Assembly (NCBI RefSeq): GCF_963975125.1
Contig: NZ_CAXBGB010000006.1
Coordinates: 780 to 64,779, forward strand
Direction of reading: 5' to 3'
From: an uncultured Winogradskyella sp.
GTDB lineage: Bacteria > Bacteroidota > Bacteroidia > Flavobacteriales > Flavobacteriaceae
Length of the DNA: 64,000 nt
The first letter of the stretch is position 1. Each line of letters starts with the position of its first letter. Of the stretch, positions 1 through 9,629 are shown one piece after another. The position numbers and the translations under genes are program-made. Under the pieces are notes generated by a model, which saw nothing but the letters and a program-made list of their open reading frames with translations, was not told the origin of the DNA and did no database searches.

Positions 1-1374
1 GTTCCCAAGTCGTGCTAAATTCATTAATTCTTGGCTCGCTTCTCTAAAACGATATCGTTCAATAGAGCTAGATATTACAGCTGGATATGCTTTTATTGTA
101 GCTAAAGTCTCTTTGTCAATATCTAAATAGTCTGATGGAGTAGGAACAACACCTTCATAATACTTATTAGTTAAAACCACAACGCGATTAATAAAGTTTC
201 CGAAAACAGCAACCAATTCATTGTTATTTCTGGCTTGGAAATCTTTCCAAGTAAAATCGTTATCCTTTGTCTCTGGTGCATTAGCTGTTAAAGCATAACG
301 CAATACATCTTGTTGATTAGGAAAATCTATTAAGTAGTCTGGTAACCAAACGGCCCAATTTTTGGAGGTTGATAACTTATTACCTTCTAAATTTAAAAAT
401 TCGTTTGCAGGGACATTCTCGGGTAAAATATAAGAGCCCTCAGCCTTTAGCATCGCTGGGAAAATAATACAGTGAAATACAATATTATCTTTACCTATAA
501 AATGAACAAGCTTTGTGTTTTCGTCTTTCCAGTAGTCTTCCCAGTTTTTCCCTTCGCGTTCTGCCCATTCTTTTGTGGCAGAAATATAACCGATAGGTGC
601 ATCAAACCAAACATAGAGCACTTTGCCCTCACCACCTTTAACTGGTACAGGAATTCCCCAATCTAAATCTCTGGTTACGGCTCTTGGTCTTAAGCCATCA
701 TCAATCCAAGATTTTACTTGTCCATACACATTAGGCTTCCAATCCTTTTTATGTCCTTTTAGGATCCATTCTCTTAAAAAATTTTCGTACTTATTTAAAG
801 GCAAAAACCAGTGTTTGGTTTCTTTTAAACTAGGCACATTTCCTGTAATAGCAGATTTTGGATTTATTAAATCTGTTGCGTTATGGCTAGTTCCACAGTT
901 TTCACATTGATCACCATAGCTTTCTTCATTACCACATTTAGGGCATTTGCCTATAACAAAACGGTCTGCTAAAAACTGATTAGCTTCTGCATCGTATAGT
1001 TGTTCTGAAACTTCTTCAACAAATTCATTTTTATCGTAAAGTGTTTTAAAAAATTCTGAAGCTGTATCGTGATGAATTTTAGCCGATGTACGCGAGTAAT
1101 TATCAAATAAAATACCAAAATCTTCAAAAGATTTTTTTATGTTGGCATGGTATTTATCTACTATATATTGTGGAGAAACACCTTCTTTTTTTGCTTTAAT
1201 TGTAATGGGGACCCCATGCTCATCACTTCCGCATATAAAAGCAACGTCACTACCTGTTAACCTTAAGTATCTTGAGTAAATATCTGCGGGTACATAAACA
1301 CCAGCTAAATGCCCAATATGTATTGGTCCATTTGTATATGGTAATGCTGCTGTTATGGTATATCTTTTCGGCAT
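1..1374 (-). CDS. metG: methionyl-tRNA synthetase, N-terminal part (3' end lies beyond window start)
   Basis: Not in the ORF track because there is no stop in the window. Reverse translation from ATG at 1374-1372 gives [39 protein letters not shown] (HIGH motif). [21 protein letters not shown] zinc knuckle lies near 900-960 and KLSTSKN (KMSKS-type) near 360-380. The frame stays open to base 1. Confidence 0.9.
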   Translation of the reverse strand, partial: MPKRYTITAALPYTNGPIHIGHLAGVYVPADIYSRYLRLTGSDVAFICGSDEHGVPITIKAKKEGVSPQYIVDKYHANIKKSFEDFGILFDNYSRTSAKIHHDTASEFFKTLYDKNEFVEEVSEQLYDAEANQFLADRFVIGKCPKCGNEESYGDQCENCGTSHNATDLINPKSAITGNVPSLKETKHWFLPLNKYENFLREWILKGHKKDWKPNVYGQVKSWIDDGLRPRAVTRDLDWGIPVPVKGGEGKVLYVWFDAPIGYISATKEWAEREGKNWEDYWKDENTKLVHFIGKDNIVFHCIIFPAMLKAEGSYILPENVPANEFLNLEGNKLSTSKNWAVWLPDYLIDFPNQQDVLRYALTANAPETKDNDFTWKDFQARNNNELVAVFGNFINRVVVLTNKYYEGVVPTPSDYLDIDKETLATIKAYPAVISSSIERYRFREASQELMNLARLGN

Positions 1375-1458
1375 AGTTTCGGATTTTTTCAAGGCACAAA
1401 AATACACAATATAAAAGCGATTTAGAAAAAAAATGTACATTTACAGAAAGCAGTTTTT

Positions 1459-2484
1459 ATGACCTTGAGACCACAATTTAAATATTTAATTTATGCTGTT
1501 GCTTTAGTAATGTCTATGAATGTTTATACTCAAACGGAAACTGATAATTCTACTGAAATGATATCAGAATTAATTCAGCCACCATATTTAAAAGCAGGCG
1601 ATACAGTTGCTATTGTTGCACCATCTGGCATCTTGAAAAATCGAGAGCGCGAAGTGCAACAAGCCGTTGATTTATTAAAAAGTTGGGGTTTATATGCTAT
1701 AGTTGGTAAACACGTATTTAGTAAATCGAATCATTTTGCTGGTACTGATGACGAGCGTTGTGAGGATTTGCAAAAAGCTATGGATGATCCTAAAATTAGT
1801 GCTATTTGGTGCGCAAGAGGCGGTTACGGAACGGTTAGAATTTTAGATAAACTGAATTATAAAAGATTTAAAGAAAACCCAAAATGGGTTATTGGTTATA
1901 GTGATATTACTGCTTTACATAACCAATTACAAAATAAAGGATTTGAATCACTTCATGCTTTATTGTGCGTAAGTTTAACAAAGGATTTAAGCGAAGTAAA
2001 GAGTTCGATAGACACTTTTAAATCGGCTTTATTTGGGAAGCCAACGAATTATGTGTTAGAAGGTTCTAATTATAACAGAGTAGGTGAGGCTTCAGGTCAA
2101 TTGGTTGGTGGTAACTTAACAATGTTGCATACTATGTTAGGATCAAAAGAAAGTATTGACACCTCTAGAAAGATTCTTTTTATTGAAGAAATAGGCGAAT
2201 ACAAGTATCATATAGATCGTATGCTACAGAGTATGAAACGTGCTGGTTATTTTGATAACTGTAATGGTCTTATCGTAGGTAATATATCTAAAATGCGACA
2301 GAATACTACACTTTGGGGAACTTCAGTAGAACAATTAATTCTTGATGCTTTAGTAGATTATGATTTTCCAATCGCTTTTAATATGCCAGCAGGTCATGAG
2401 AAAGATAATAGAGCGTTGGTTTTGGGGCGAATTGTGGAATTGAAAGTTGAGAAGGAAAGTACTTCGCTTGTTTTTAAGAAATAA
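1459..2484 (+). CDS. LD-carboxypeptidase (peptidase S66 family) with N-terminal signal/anchor
   Basis: 341-aa ORF. GYSDITALH nucleophile motif plus FIEEIGE and PAGHEKDN fit the Ser-Glu-His triad of muramoyltetrapeptide carboxypeptidases. Hydrophobic N-terminus. Confidence 0.85.
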   Translation: MTLRPQFKYLIYAVALVMSMNVYTQTETDNSTEMISELIQPPYLKAGDTVAIVAPSGILKNREREVQQAVDLLKSWGLYAIVGKHVFSKSNHFAGTDDERCEDLQKAMDDPKISAIWCARGGYGTVRILDKLNYKRFKENPKWVIGYSDITALHNQLQNKGFESLHALLCVSLTKDLSEVKSSIDTFKSALFGKPTNYVLEGSNYNRVGEASGQLVGGNLTMLHTMLGSKESIDTSRKILFIEEIGEYKYHIDRMLQSMKRAGYFDNCNGLIVGNISKMRQNTTLWGTSVEQLILDALVDYDFPIAFNMPAGHEKDNRALVLGRIVELKVEKESTSLVFKK

Positions 2485-2485
2485 C

Positions 2486-3247
2486 ATGTCATTCTACGAC
2501 CTCACAAAACAAGAACGTAACCAAATTGTAGAAAAAATCAATCAAGAAATTGAAAATGATTTAAAACAAAACAAGACTGAAAACATTATAATATACTTTT
2601 CAGATGATGACACTTATATTCGTAAAACAGGCTATTTGGCTGTGGGTAAAATTTTCTATGCACAACCGCAATTACAACTCATAATACTTTCTGTATTAAA
2701 ACATTTGATACGCTCTGTTAATGAATTGGTAAGACAAACAATAGTTAATGCTGCTGGTGAAATCGGGAAGTTTCATTTTAATAAGATTAAAGATTTTATG
2801 GATACTGGTTTATTTGACGACCATCATCGCGTTAGAAATGCAGTTATAGGCTCAATCAAGAAAATGGGAGAACGAAACCCTGTGCCAGTTTTGGCTTGGG
2901 CAAAGATATATCTTCAACATCAAGACAAGGAAATTAGACGAGAGATTTGCCATGGTATTGAATTGAGAGGCAGAACACATCCTCAAGATATTTTACCATT
3001 ATTAAAGGAGCTTGAATTTGACGAAACCAAACGTGTTTCAGATACGTTAATTCATGTTCTTGGACAAATATCATATAAGCGTGGTTGCTTAAAAACTGTT
3101 GTTGCACATCTTAATACATGGAAAAACAAAGAGCTAGTGCAACACGCATTAGATGAAATTGTTGATGTGCATAATCGCTATAAAAATTTCTCAGTTTTAA
3201 CTCAGCAACAAGCAATTGATTATATTGATGCTAATTATAAAATTTAA
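2486..3247 (+). CDS. HEAT-repeat protein
   Basis: The track ORF begins at 2447 inside the upstream gene. The first ATG, at 2486 (MSFYDLTKQERNQ), lies just after the upstream stop. Helical repeat composition (HHRVRNAVIGSIKKMG, DKEIRREICHGIE). Confidence 0.55.
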   Translation: MSFYDLTKQERNQIVEKINQEIENDLKQNKTENIIIYFSDDDTYIRKTGYLAVGKIFYAQPQLQLIILSVLKHLIRSVNELVRQTIVNAAGEIGKFHFNKIKDFMDTGLFDDHHRVRNAVIGSIKKMGERNPVPVLAWAKIYLQHQDKEIRREICHGIELRGRTHPQDILPLLKELEFDETKRVSDTLIHVLGQISYKRGCLKTVVAHLNTWKNKELVQHALDEIVDVHNRYKNFSVLTQQQAIDYIDANYKI

Positions 3248-3286
3248 GTTGAACTAAAAAGATAACCACTTTCGTGGGAGGTGAGC

Positions 3287-3646
3287 ATGGCACAACATAA
3301 CGAACTTGGTAAAAAAGGAGAGCAATTAGCCGTAGATTTTCTACTTAAAAATAAGTACGAAATCATTGAGAGAAACTATCGTTTTGATAAAGCTGAGGTA
3401 GATGTTTTAGCACTAAAAGATAATATTCTAGCCGTTATTGAAGTTAAAACAAGGTCAACAATAGATTTTGGTAATCCGCAAGACTTTGTAAAGCCCAAAC
3501 AAATAAAAAACTTGGTAAAGGCAGTAGATGAATATGTAAATGAGAATGACCTAGATCTAGAAGTCCGGTTCGATATTATTGCTATTGTAAAAGAGAAAAA
3601 AGGATTTAGTGTTGAGCATCTAGAAAATGCGTTTTATCATTTTTAA
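3287..3646 (+). CDS. YraN family (UPF0102) endonuclease-like protein
   Basis: MAQHNELGKKGEQLAVDFLLKNKYEIIERNYRFDKAEVDVLA...IEVKTR is the typical YraN signature. ATG at 3287 is preferred over the GTG at 3281 used by the track. Confidence 0.85.
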   Translation: MAQHNELGKKGEQLAVDFLLKNKYEIIERNYRFDKAEVDVLALKDNILAVIEVKTRSTIDFGNPQDFVKPKQIKNLVKAVDEYVNENDLDLEVRFDIIAIVKEKKGFSVEHLENAFYHF

Positions 3647-3969
3647 ATATACAAGTGCGTAACAATAATAAAGAGACCGTAGAAGGCTACGTTTACTGTC
3701 ATGTCTTTTGTGTTTAAACTCTTAAAACGTAAAGATTCCTTTTTTATAATACCACGACATAATACAAAGCTAATTAATATGATACCAAGAAAGAGGAACC
3801 AATATAATGACTGAGGATAAGGCAATGTTATATTTGTTATTAAAAATAGAATTACTAATCCACCAGCAACTAAAAGTCGCTTTTCGTCTTTCACGTTTAA
3901 ATTATTTCTCAAGGAAACGTCTCTCACTTTTATTAAAATTAAGCTTGAGATGAAAATTAAAAAACACAA
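3643..3969 (-). CDS. small hypothetical membrane protein (about 3 TM segments)
   Basis: 108-aa ORF with only a TTG start. Hydrophobic stretches, but no recognisable family. Confidence 0.35.
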   Translation of the reverse strand: MCFLIFISSLILIKVRDVSLRNNLNVKDEKRLLVAGGLVILFLITNITLPYPQSLYWFLFLGIILISFVLCRGIIKKESLRFKSLNTKDMTVNVAFYGLFIIVTHLYI

Positions 3970-4040
3970 TGGTAAACGTCATTCTTTTTCTTTAGATAAA
4001 TTTAATGATTATATAGCAAATTGAAAAAATAATTCAGATT

Positions 4041-4619
4041 TTATTTATAAAAATTCATCTCGTCTATATAATGCCACACATTATCAGATAACATAGGTCG
4101 AACATTTTTCCCGCTTTTAATTTCATTTCTTATAAACGTAGAAGAAAGCTCCATTATTGGCGCAGGTATGTTAAAAATTTTAGGATGGTCGTTAAACGGA
4201 GTTTCTATTTTTCCATTTGAAAGTCTAGGATAAACATAAATAGAATGATTCTCTAGAATAAGCTCATAATTTTTCCACTTATGAAAACTTTTTAAGTTGT
4301 CTTCACCCATTATTAAAGCAAACTCATGTTCAGGAAATTTTTCGAAAAGATAAGTGAGTGTATCTATAGTATAGTTGGGTTGTTTTAAATCAAATTCAAT
4401 ATCACTAGGTCTTAATTTTGTGTAATCCTTTGTGGCACGATATACCATTTCTAAACGCTGGTGATTATCGAGTAAACTACTTTTCTTTTTAAAAGGACTC
4501 ATTGGAGTTACTACAAACCAAATTTGGTCTAAATTGCTATGTTCTGCTAAATGGTTAGCAATAGTTAAATGACCAATGTGTATTGGGTTAAAGGTGCCAA
4601 AATATAAACCAATCTTCAT
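4041..4619 (-). CDS. nadD: nicotinate-nucleotide adenylyltransferase
   Basis: MKIGLYFGTFNPIHIGHL (H/TxGH nucleotidyltransferase motif). Length 192 aa. Followed by gmk, as in many Bacteroidota. Confidence 0.9.
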   Translation of the reverse strand: MKIGLYFGTFNPIHIGHLTIANHLAEHSNLDQIWFVVTPMSPFKKKSSLLDNHQRLEMVYRATKDYTKLRPSDIEFDLKQPNYTIDTLTYLFEKFPEHEFALIMGEDNLKSFHKWKNYELILENHSIYVYPRLSNGKIETPFNDHPKIFNIPAPIMELSSTFIRNEIKSGKNVRPMLSDNVWHYIDEMNFYK

Positions 4620-4620
4620 A

Positions 4621-5211
4621 TTATTGAGCTATAAAATCTGAAACTAAATTATAAGCGTTTTCTAGAGCCTGGTCTAAATCAGAGTTGACAACAATAACAT
4701 CAAATAGTGGCGCAGTTGCTAATTCTGCAGGTGCTTTTGCAACACGCATACTTATTTTTTCTTCATTCTCTTCCCCTCTGTCTTTAAGACGTCTTACGAG
4801 TTCGTTTAAATCTGGTGGCTTCACAAAAACAGCTAATGTTTGTTCGGGAAATTTTCGTTTTATACGTAAACCTCCAGAAACATCAATGTCAAAAATAACA
4901 TGTTTTCCTTTTGCCCAAATACGCTCAATTTCAGTTTTTAACGTACCGTAAAAGTTGTCTCTATAAACTTCTTCCCATTCTAAGAATTCATCTGCTTTTA
5001 TTTTGTTTTTAAATTCTTTTAAAGATAAATAGTAATAATCTTTTCCGTGTGCCTCATTACCTCTTGCTTCTCTAGATGTTGCAGAAATAGAAAACTCTAA
5101 ATTGAGTTCTTGCTGCTTTAATAAATGACGAACAATTGTTGTTTTTCCTGAGCCCGAAGGTGCTGAGAATACGATGAGCTTACCTTGTTTTTTTTTATTT
5201 TCTTTTAACAT
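4621..5211 (-). CDS. gmk: guanylate kinase
   Basis: P-loop FSAPSGSGKTT plus SATSREARGNE and YYYLS motifs. ATG at 5211 is preferred over the TTG at 5217. Confidence 0.92.
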   Translation of the reverse strand: MLKENKKKQGKLIVFSAPSGSGKTTIVRHLLKQQELNLEFSISATSREARGNEAHGKDYYYLSLKEFKNKIKADEFLEWEEVYRDNFYGTLKTEIERIWAKGKHVIFDIDVSGGLRIKRKFPEQTLAVFVKPPDLNELVRRLKDRGEENEEKISMRVAKAPAELATAPLFDVIVVNSDLDQALENAYNLVSDFIAQ

Positions 5212-5258
5212 TGACAATGATTTTTTAATGCTAACTGCGACTATACACTGTCAACTAA

Positions 5259-6116
5259 TTACAGGACATTCAATAATTGTTCCTTAATTTTTTCGAGCTC
5301 ATCTTTCATCTGAACTACTAATTTTTGCATCGGAGCATAATTAGATTTTGAACCTATAGTATTAATTTCTCTTCCTATTTCTTGAGAAATGAAACCCAGT
5401 TTTTTGCCATTAGAATCATCAGAATTTAGTGCCTTAGTAAAATAGTCTAAGTGATTATCTAATCGTACTTTTTCTTCGGTAATATCATATTTTTCAATGT
5501 AATAAACCAACTCTTGCTCAAAACGATTTTCATCTACCTTCTCTTTGATATCAGAAATACCCTTTTCTAAACGAGCTCTTACTCCGTCAATACGATCAGG
5601 ATCCATAGTGATAACCTCATCTAATAAACGTCTAAGTGTAGTAATTCTATCTATAAAATCTTGTTTTAAAATGGCGCCTTCATCTTTTCGATAAATCACA
5701 ATTTTAGAAATGGCTTCTATTATTTCAGTGTTAATTGTGCTCCATTCTTCTTCATCGATTTCATCGCGTTCAGTGGTTACCGCATCTGGTAAACGAATTG
5801 CCATTTTTAATAGTTCAGTAGCATTACCATTAACAACATCCTTGAGTTGTTTTATGTATTCATTTACTACTGTTTTATTAATTTTTGAGCTTGTGTCTTC
5901 ACCAGTAATTTCTACAAATAGCGAAAAATCGACCTTTCCTCTAACAAGGTTTTTGGCAATAAGTTTTCTGATTTCTAACTCTTTTGCACGATACATGGAT
6001 GGCATACGAGCGTTAAGGTCTAAACTTTTGCTATTCAGTGATTTTAATTCAATAGATATTTTTTTTGTTGGGAGCTGAAGTACAGATTTCCCGTAACCTG
6101 TCATGGATTGTATCAT
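5259..6116 (-). CDS. YicC family stress-induced protein
   Basis: Begins MIQSMTGYGKS (canonical YicC N-terminus, ATG at 6116). C-terminal EIGREINTIGSKSN motif. Confidence 0.85.
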   Translation of the reverse strand: MIQSMTGYGKSVLQLPTKKISIELKSLNSKSLDLNARMPSMYRAKELEIRKLIAKNLVRGKVDFSLFVEITGEDTSSKINKTVVNEYIKQLKDVVNGNATELLKMAIRLPDAVTTERDEIDEEEWSTINTEIIEAISKIVIYRKDEGAILKQDFIDRITTLRRLLDEVITMDPDRIDGVRARLEKGISDIKEKVDENRFEQELVYYIEKYDITEEKVRLDNHLDYFTKALNSDDSNGKKLGFISQEIGREINTIGSKSNYAPMQKLVVQMKDELEKIKEQLLNVL

Positions 6117-6217
6117 TAAGATGCTGCTATTAAAGTTGCGCAAAGGTACAAAATTGAATGGTTTTATGGTTTGTTTAAATAGTTTCTAAAGGAACCAGTT
6201 TCTGGAATTGACTTTTA

Positions 6218-6225
6218 TAACTTTG
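6218..6225 (+). promoter_or_regulatory. candidate Bacteroidota sigma-A -7 box TAACTTTG
   Basis: Exact match to TAnnTTTG about 80 nt upstream of the thioesterase ATG at 6305. Confidence 0.3.
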
Positions 6226-6304
6226 CCATACCTACTTGAATATGTAATTTCTTTATACGACATTACATGTTTAATTTGGTGTAACCATATTTGAAATGTA
6301 ATCT

Positions 6305-6826
6305 ATGTACAAAAAACAGTTTGAAATCCGTTGGAGTGATGTGGATGCTAATAGTCATTTAGCGAATTCTGCCTACACTAATTTTATGAGCCATACGCGT
6401 ATGGCATTTTTTGAAGAATTTGGCTTCTCAATGCCAGAAATTAAAAATAATAATTTAGGGCTAGTGGTATTTTATGAACACATGCACTATTTTAAAGAAT
6501 CGTTTCTTGGAGCACCAATTACAGTTACTATAGAGGTTTCGGGACTAAGTGAAGATGGTATGCTTTTTATGTTTGAGCATAATTTTTACAATCATAAAGG
6601 TGAAAACTTAGCTTATTGTGAAATGCAAGGTGGTTGGATAGATTTAAAAGCAAGAAAATTAACTGGTTTACCAGAATTTTTATTAGAATTAGTTCAAAAA
6701 TTTCCAAAATCTGAAAGTTATAAAATCCTTTCTAAAGAGGATACTCGAAAGAATGGTGTGCGACCAAAACCGATGAGAATAAATTCTTATTTAAAAGGCG
6801 AGTGCTGTTTAAATGATTTTATATGA
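6305..6826 (+). CDS. acyl-CoA thioesterase, hotdog (4HBT) fold
   Basis: FEIRWSDVDANSHLANSAYTNFM is the typical 4HBT/YbgC-type N-terminal catalytic Asp region. 173 aa. Confidence 0.7.
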   Translation: MYKKQFEIRWSDVDANSHLANSAYTNFMSHTRMAFFEEFGFSMPEIKNNNLGLVVFYEHMHYFKESFLGAPITVTIEVSGLSEDGMLFMFEHNFYNHKGENLAYCEMQGGWIDLKARKLTGLPEFLLELVQKFPKSESYKILSKEDTRKNGVRPKPMRINSYLKGECCLNDFI

Positions 6827-7920
6827 ACATTTTCTATAAAAGGTGTCAAAATTTTATTAGGAATATGCCTTTTATGTTTACAATAACACACTAAAGATTT
6901 TGGTTTTGCACCAAGCGTACTTTTAATTTCTGAAGCTGTTCTACCTAAATTAATTTGACTTGATTTTGTTTCAATACCGAGTTTTACATAATCATTTAAA
7001 ATCCTTGGGTATATGGCAAATTCTTTATTATTAGAATAATCAATGCCAATAAAATGTGCATCAAGATGCGTTTCATTTTGCATAGCAGAAAGAAATCCAA
7101 CCAATTTGCCATCTAAAAAATAACCTTTTACAATAAATTTTTCGTGGTACGCTTTTTTAAGATGAATATAGGTATCGAGATTTAAGATTTGTGCATTAAA
7201 ATCTGCATTGTTAATAGTATTCTGATACAATTCCTGTAGTTGTTTTTCGTGTGTTTGAATATCTTCAACAGTAAAAAATTGAGCTTTCAAACTTTTGCTT
7301 TTAGTATCTGCTCTATTCGCTTTTACTCTATATTTTGATTTTAAGGTGTTTATGTAATCATCAAAAGAATGCCATTCTGGTTTTAGAGTAATAATCATAT
7401 TAGGTTCTACATGCATTGCAGTATAGTTGTAAGATTTTAAATGATTTGTAATGTAAAGGGATTCTTTTTCAAAATCTTTAACAAAAATGGCACTGAGTTT
7501 TTTTGTAATTTTGGATAAGTGCTTTACTCCATCAGCAATGGCTTTAAACGTTTCAATTTTATCTTCACCATCCTTTAAAAACGTACCATATTCACCACTT
7601 AAAAATACATTGCCACAAAACAAAACGCGGACATGATTATTACAAAACATTTTATTAATAACACGCCTTAAATTAGCATACATTTTAATGTTTTTGGTAA
7701 TGGTTTCAATACCAATAGTTACGATTTGTGTGTTTGCAAAAGCTACAGCCTCTTCACCTTTTAAAATAAAGATGTAATTAAATTCAATATCAGTGTTTGC
7801 AAGTTCGAAGGCACTTAAAAACTCTGGAGAATAATAAATGTTGGTGCAACAATTTACGCTATCCCAATAAGCTTGAGGAATGCTATTTACCGTTTTAAAT
7901 ATTTTAGATTTTAAAGACAA
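6787..7920 (-). CDS. GNAT/FemAB-like acyltransferase family protein
   Basis: 377-aa ORF with a TTG start one base after the EamA stop. The overall pattern resembles the FemAB-like/BioF2-like acetyltransferase domain, judged by eye only. Confidence 0.5.
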   Translation of the reverse strand: MSLKSKIFKTVNSIPQAYWDSVNCCTNIYYSPEFLSAFELANTDIEFNYIFILKGEEAVAFANTQIVTIGIETITKNIKMYANLRRVINKMFCNNHVRVLFCGNVFLSGEYGTFLKDGEDKIETFKAIADGVKHLSKITKKLSAIFVKDFEKESLYITNHLKSYNYTAMHVEPNMIITLKPEWHSFDDYINTLKSKYRVKANRADTKSKSLKAQFFTVEDIQTHEKQLQELYQNTINNADFNAQILNLDTYIHLKKAYHEKFIVKGYFLDGKLVGFLSAMQNETHLDAHFIGIDYSNNKEFAIYPRILNDYVKLGIETKSSQINLGRTASEIKSTLGAKPKSLVCYCKHKRHIPNKILTPFIENVHIKSFKQHSPFK

Positions 7921-7921
7921 A

Positions 7922-8815
7922 TCAGTTAATTTTTTTAGGTTTAAGCGTGACTAAATATACACCAGAAAATATAAGAACCATCGCAATAATTTTTAATGTA
8001 TCTATTGTGTCTGCTCCCATAATAAGGGCAAATAGACCAGCAATTACAGGTTGCAAATAAATAAACACACCAACTGTTGAGGCCTTTAACTTGTTTAGCG
8101 CTATCGGATTTAGTAAATAAGTCCCAAAAGTTGCTCCAATAACAACAAAGAGTACAGAAAATGAAATATAGGGTGTAAATGTTTGCCACTGTACCTCTTG
8201 TAATTCATTATAGCCAAATGGTAATACCATAAAAAATCCAAAAAGGAACAACCATTTTATAAAAGTAAAGGGATGATATTTTGCGGTTAACTGTTTTATT
8301 AGAATGATGTAAACACTATAGAAGAAAGTATTTAATAAAATAAAAGTATTTCCTAAAATAATATTGTCTCCTTCTCTTTCAGAATCGCCAAAGAGCGTTA
8401 AGGCTAAAGCACCAAAAAAAGCTAAGGCAACACCACTAATTTTTAAAGTTGTAATTTTTTCTTTTAATATAATCGATGATAAAATTAAAATAATAACAGG
8501 TGTTATAGTTACAATAGCAGAGGCATGTATCGGTGTTGTTAGTTCAACACCTTTTAAAAAAAACAGCATGTTTATGGCTACACCAAACACTGCAGCGATA
8601 AAAAATTTAAAATAGTCTTTTTGCTCAACTTTTTCTTTTGGCAACCAAATACTGAATAACCAAAATAAAATTGTAGCACCGCCAACTCTTAAAACCGTTA
8701 ACGCAAATGGTTTTACAAAATTTTCATTCATTACCGTTTTTGCAAAGGTATAATTGAGTCCGTATAAAACCTGGACCATAAAGAGCGCAAAAATAGCAAA
8801 GCCTCTACTATTCAT
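7922..8815 (-). CDS. EamA/DMT family transporter
   Basis: 297 aa, about 10 TM segments, with the two-repeat architecture typical of EamA. Overlaps the upstream gene by 8 nt. Confidence 0.85.
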   Translation of the reverse strand: MNSRGFAIFALFMVQVLYGLNYTFAKTVMNENFVKPFALTVLRVGGATILFWLFSIWLPKEKVEQKDYFKFFIAAVFGVAINMLFFLKGVELTTPIHASAIVTITPVIILILSSIILKEKITTLKISGVALAFFGALALTLFGDSEREGDNIILGNTFILLNTFFYSVYIILIKQLTAKYHPFTFIKWLFLFGFFMVLPFGYNELQEVQWQTFTPYISFSVLFVVIGATFGTYLLNPIALNKLKASTVGVFIYLQPVIAGLFALIMGADTIDTLKIIAMVLIFSGVYLVTLKPKKIN

Positions 8816-9161
8816 GTATAGAGAGTTTTGCTGCTTCTATTGTTTTTTTAGAATTGCCTACAAATATCTTATCGTCAATTATAATTACGGGACGTTTTAG
8901 AAATGTATAGTGTTCTAAAATGTAGTTTTTATAATTTTCTTCAGTAAGTGACTTATCTTTTAAATTAAGTACTTTATATAGTCTTGCACGTTTACTAAAC
9001 AGACTTTCGTAACTATCAGTTAGCGCTCTCAAATTTTCAATTTGAACTTTAGTAATAGATTCAATTTTTATGTCTTGGAGTAGAAACTCATTAGATAAAT
9101 TGAGTTCAGCTATAATTCGCATACAAGTATTACAAGTGCTTAAATAATATATTTTTTTCAT
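8808..9161 (-). CDS. ArsC/Spx/MgsR family protein
   Basis: MKKIYYLSTCNTCMRI N-terminal Cys motif and LKRPVII motif. 117 aa. Confidence 0.8.
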   Translation of the reverse strand: MKKIYYLSTCNTCMRIIAELNLSNEFLLQDIKIESITKVQIENLRALTDSYESLFSKRARLYKVLNLKDKSLTEENYKNYILEHYTFLKRPVIIIDDKIFVGNSKKTIEAAKLSIHE

Positions 9162-9629
9162 ATCCGAAATCTCAACAATTTTGAGACTACAAAGTAACCT
9201 TAATTAATACTAATTTTAGTTACATTTAGAAAAATATATTTATACTTATTGCGTTTTCAGCATTGCAATAAGAAGCTGAAATTATTAAGAAGTGTTATAA
9301 AAATTGCACGTTATAAGAATTGAATAAAGCGCCAATAGGGTTTAATAATAACAGTATTTTGAATATTGTACACATCAGAGCTAAACAACAATTATTGGTG
9401 TATAATTTATCTAAATCTTAGTGGTTGCCTCTGATGAAATGGTTGCAACATATAGAAAATGAACAAATACAGAAGGGAGTTCTCAAGCCGAAGTTGATGC
9501 CGTATAATCAATATAAGTTCAGTACCAAAAGCACTTTAAGTAATGCTGAAGAAGCGATAGACTTTAATAATTTTCATGAAGGTATCTATTTAGGTTATAT
9601 TTTAGCACCTAGAAAATTGATTTAATGTT

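Noticed and set aside
472-910. Plus-strand ORFs 472..666 and 623..910.
   Set aside because: They lie antisense inside the clearly recognisable metG reading frame. Their composition ([12 protein letters not shown]) is typical of shadow ORFs.
5188-5196. T9 (coding-strand A9) homopolymer near the 5' end of gmk, considered as a phase-variation tract.
   Set aside because: gmk is an essential housekeeping gene, and lysine-codon runs are expected in a low-GC genome. There is no reason to invoke switching.
4685-6078. Plus-strand ORFs 4685..4951 and 5710..6078.
   Set aside because: They are antisense shadows of gmk and the yicC-family gene. They are Ser-rich and low-complexity, and have no motif.
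6787-6826. 40-nt convergent overlap of the thioesterase and FemAB-like genes, considered as an antisense regulatory feature.
   Set aside because: It is more simply explained by a poorly conserved C-terminal tail of the thioesterase ORF, and nothing else supports regulation.
7941-8615. ORFs 7941..8189 (-) and 8364..8615 (+) inside the EamA transporter gene.
   Set aside because: They are out-of-frame or antisense to a well-supported 10-TM transporter ORF.
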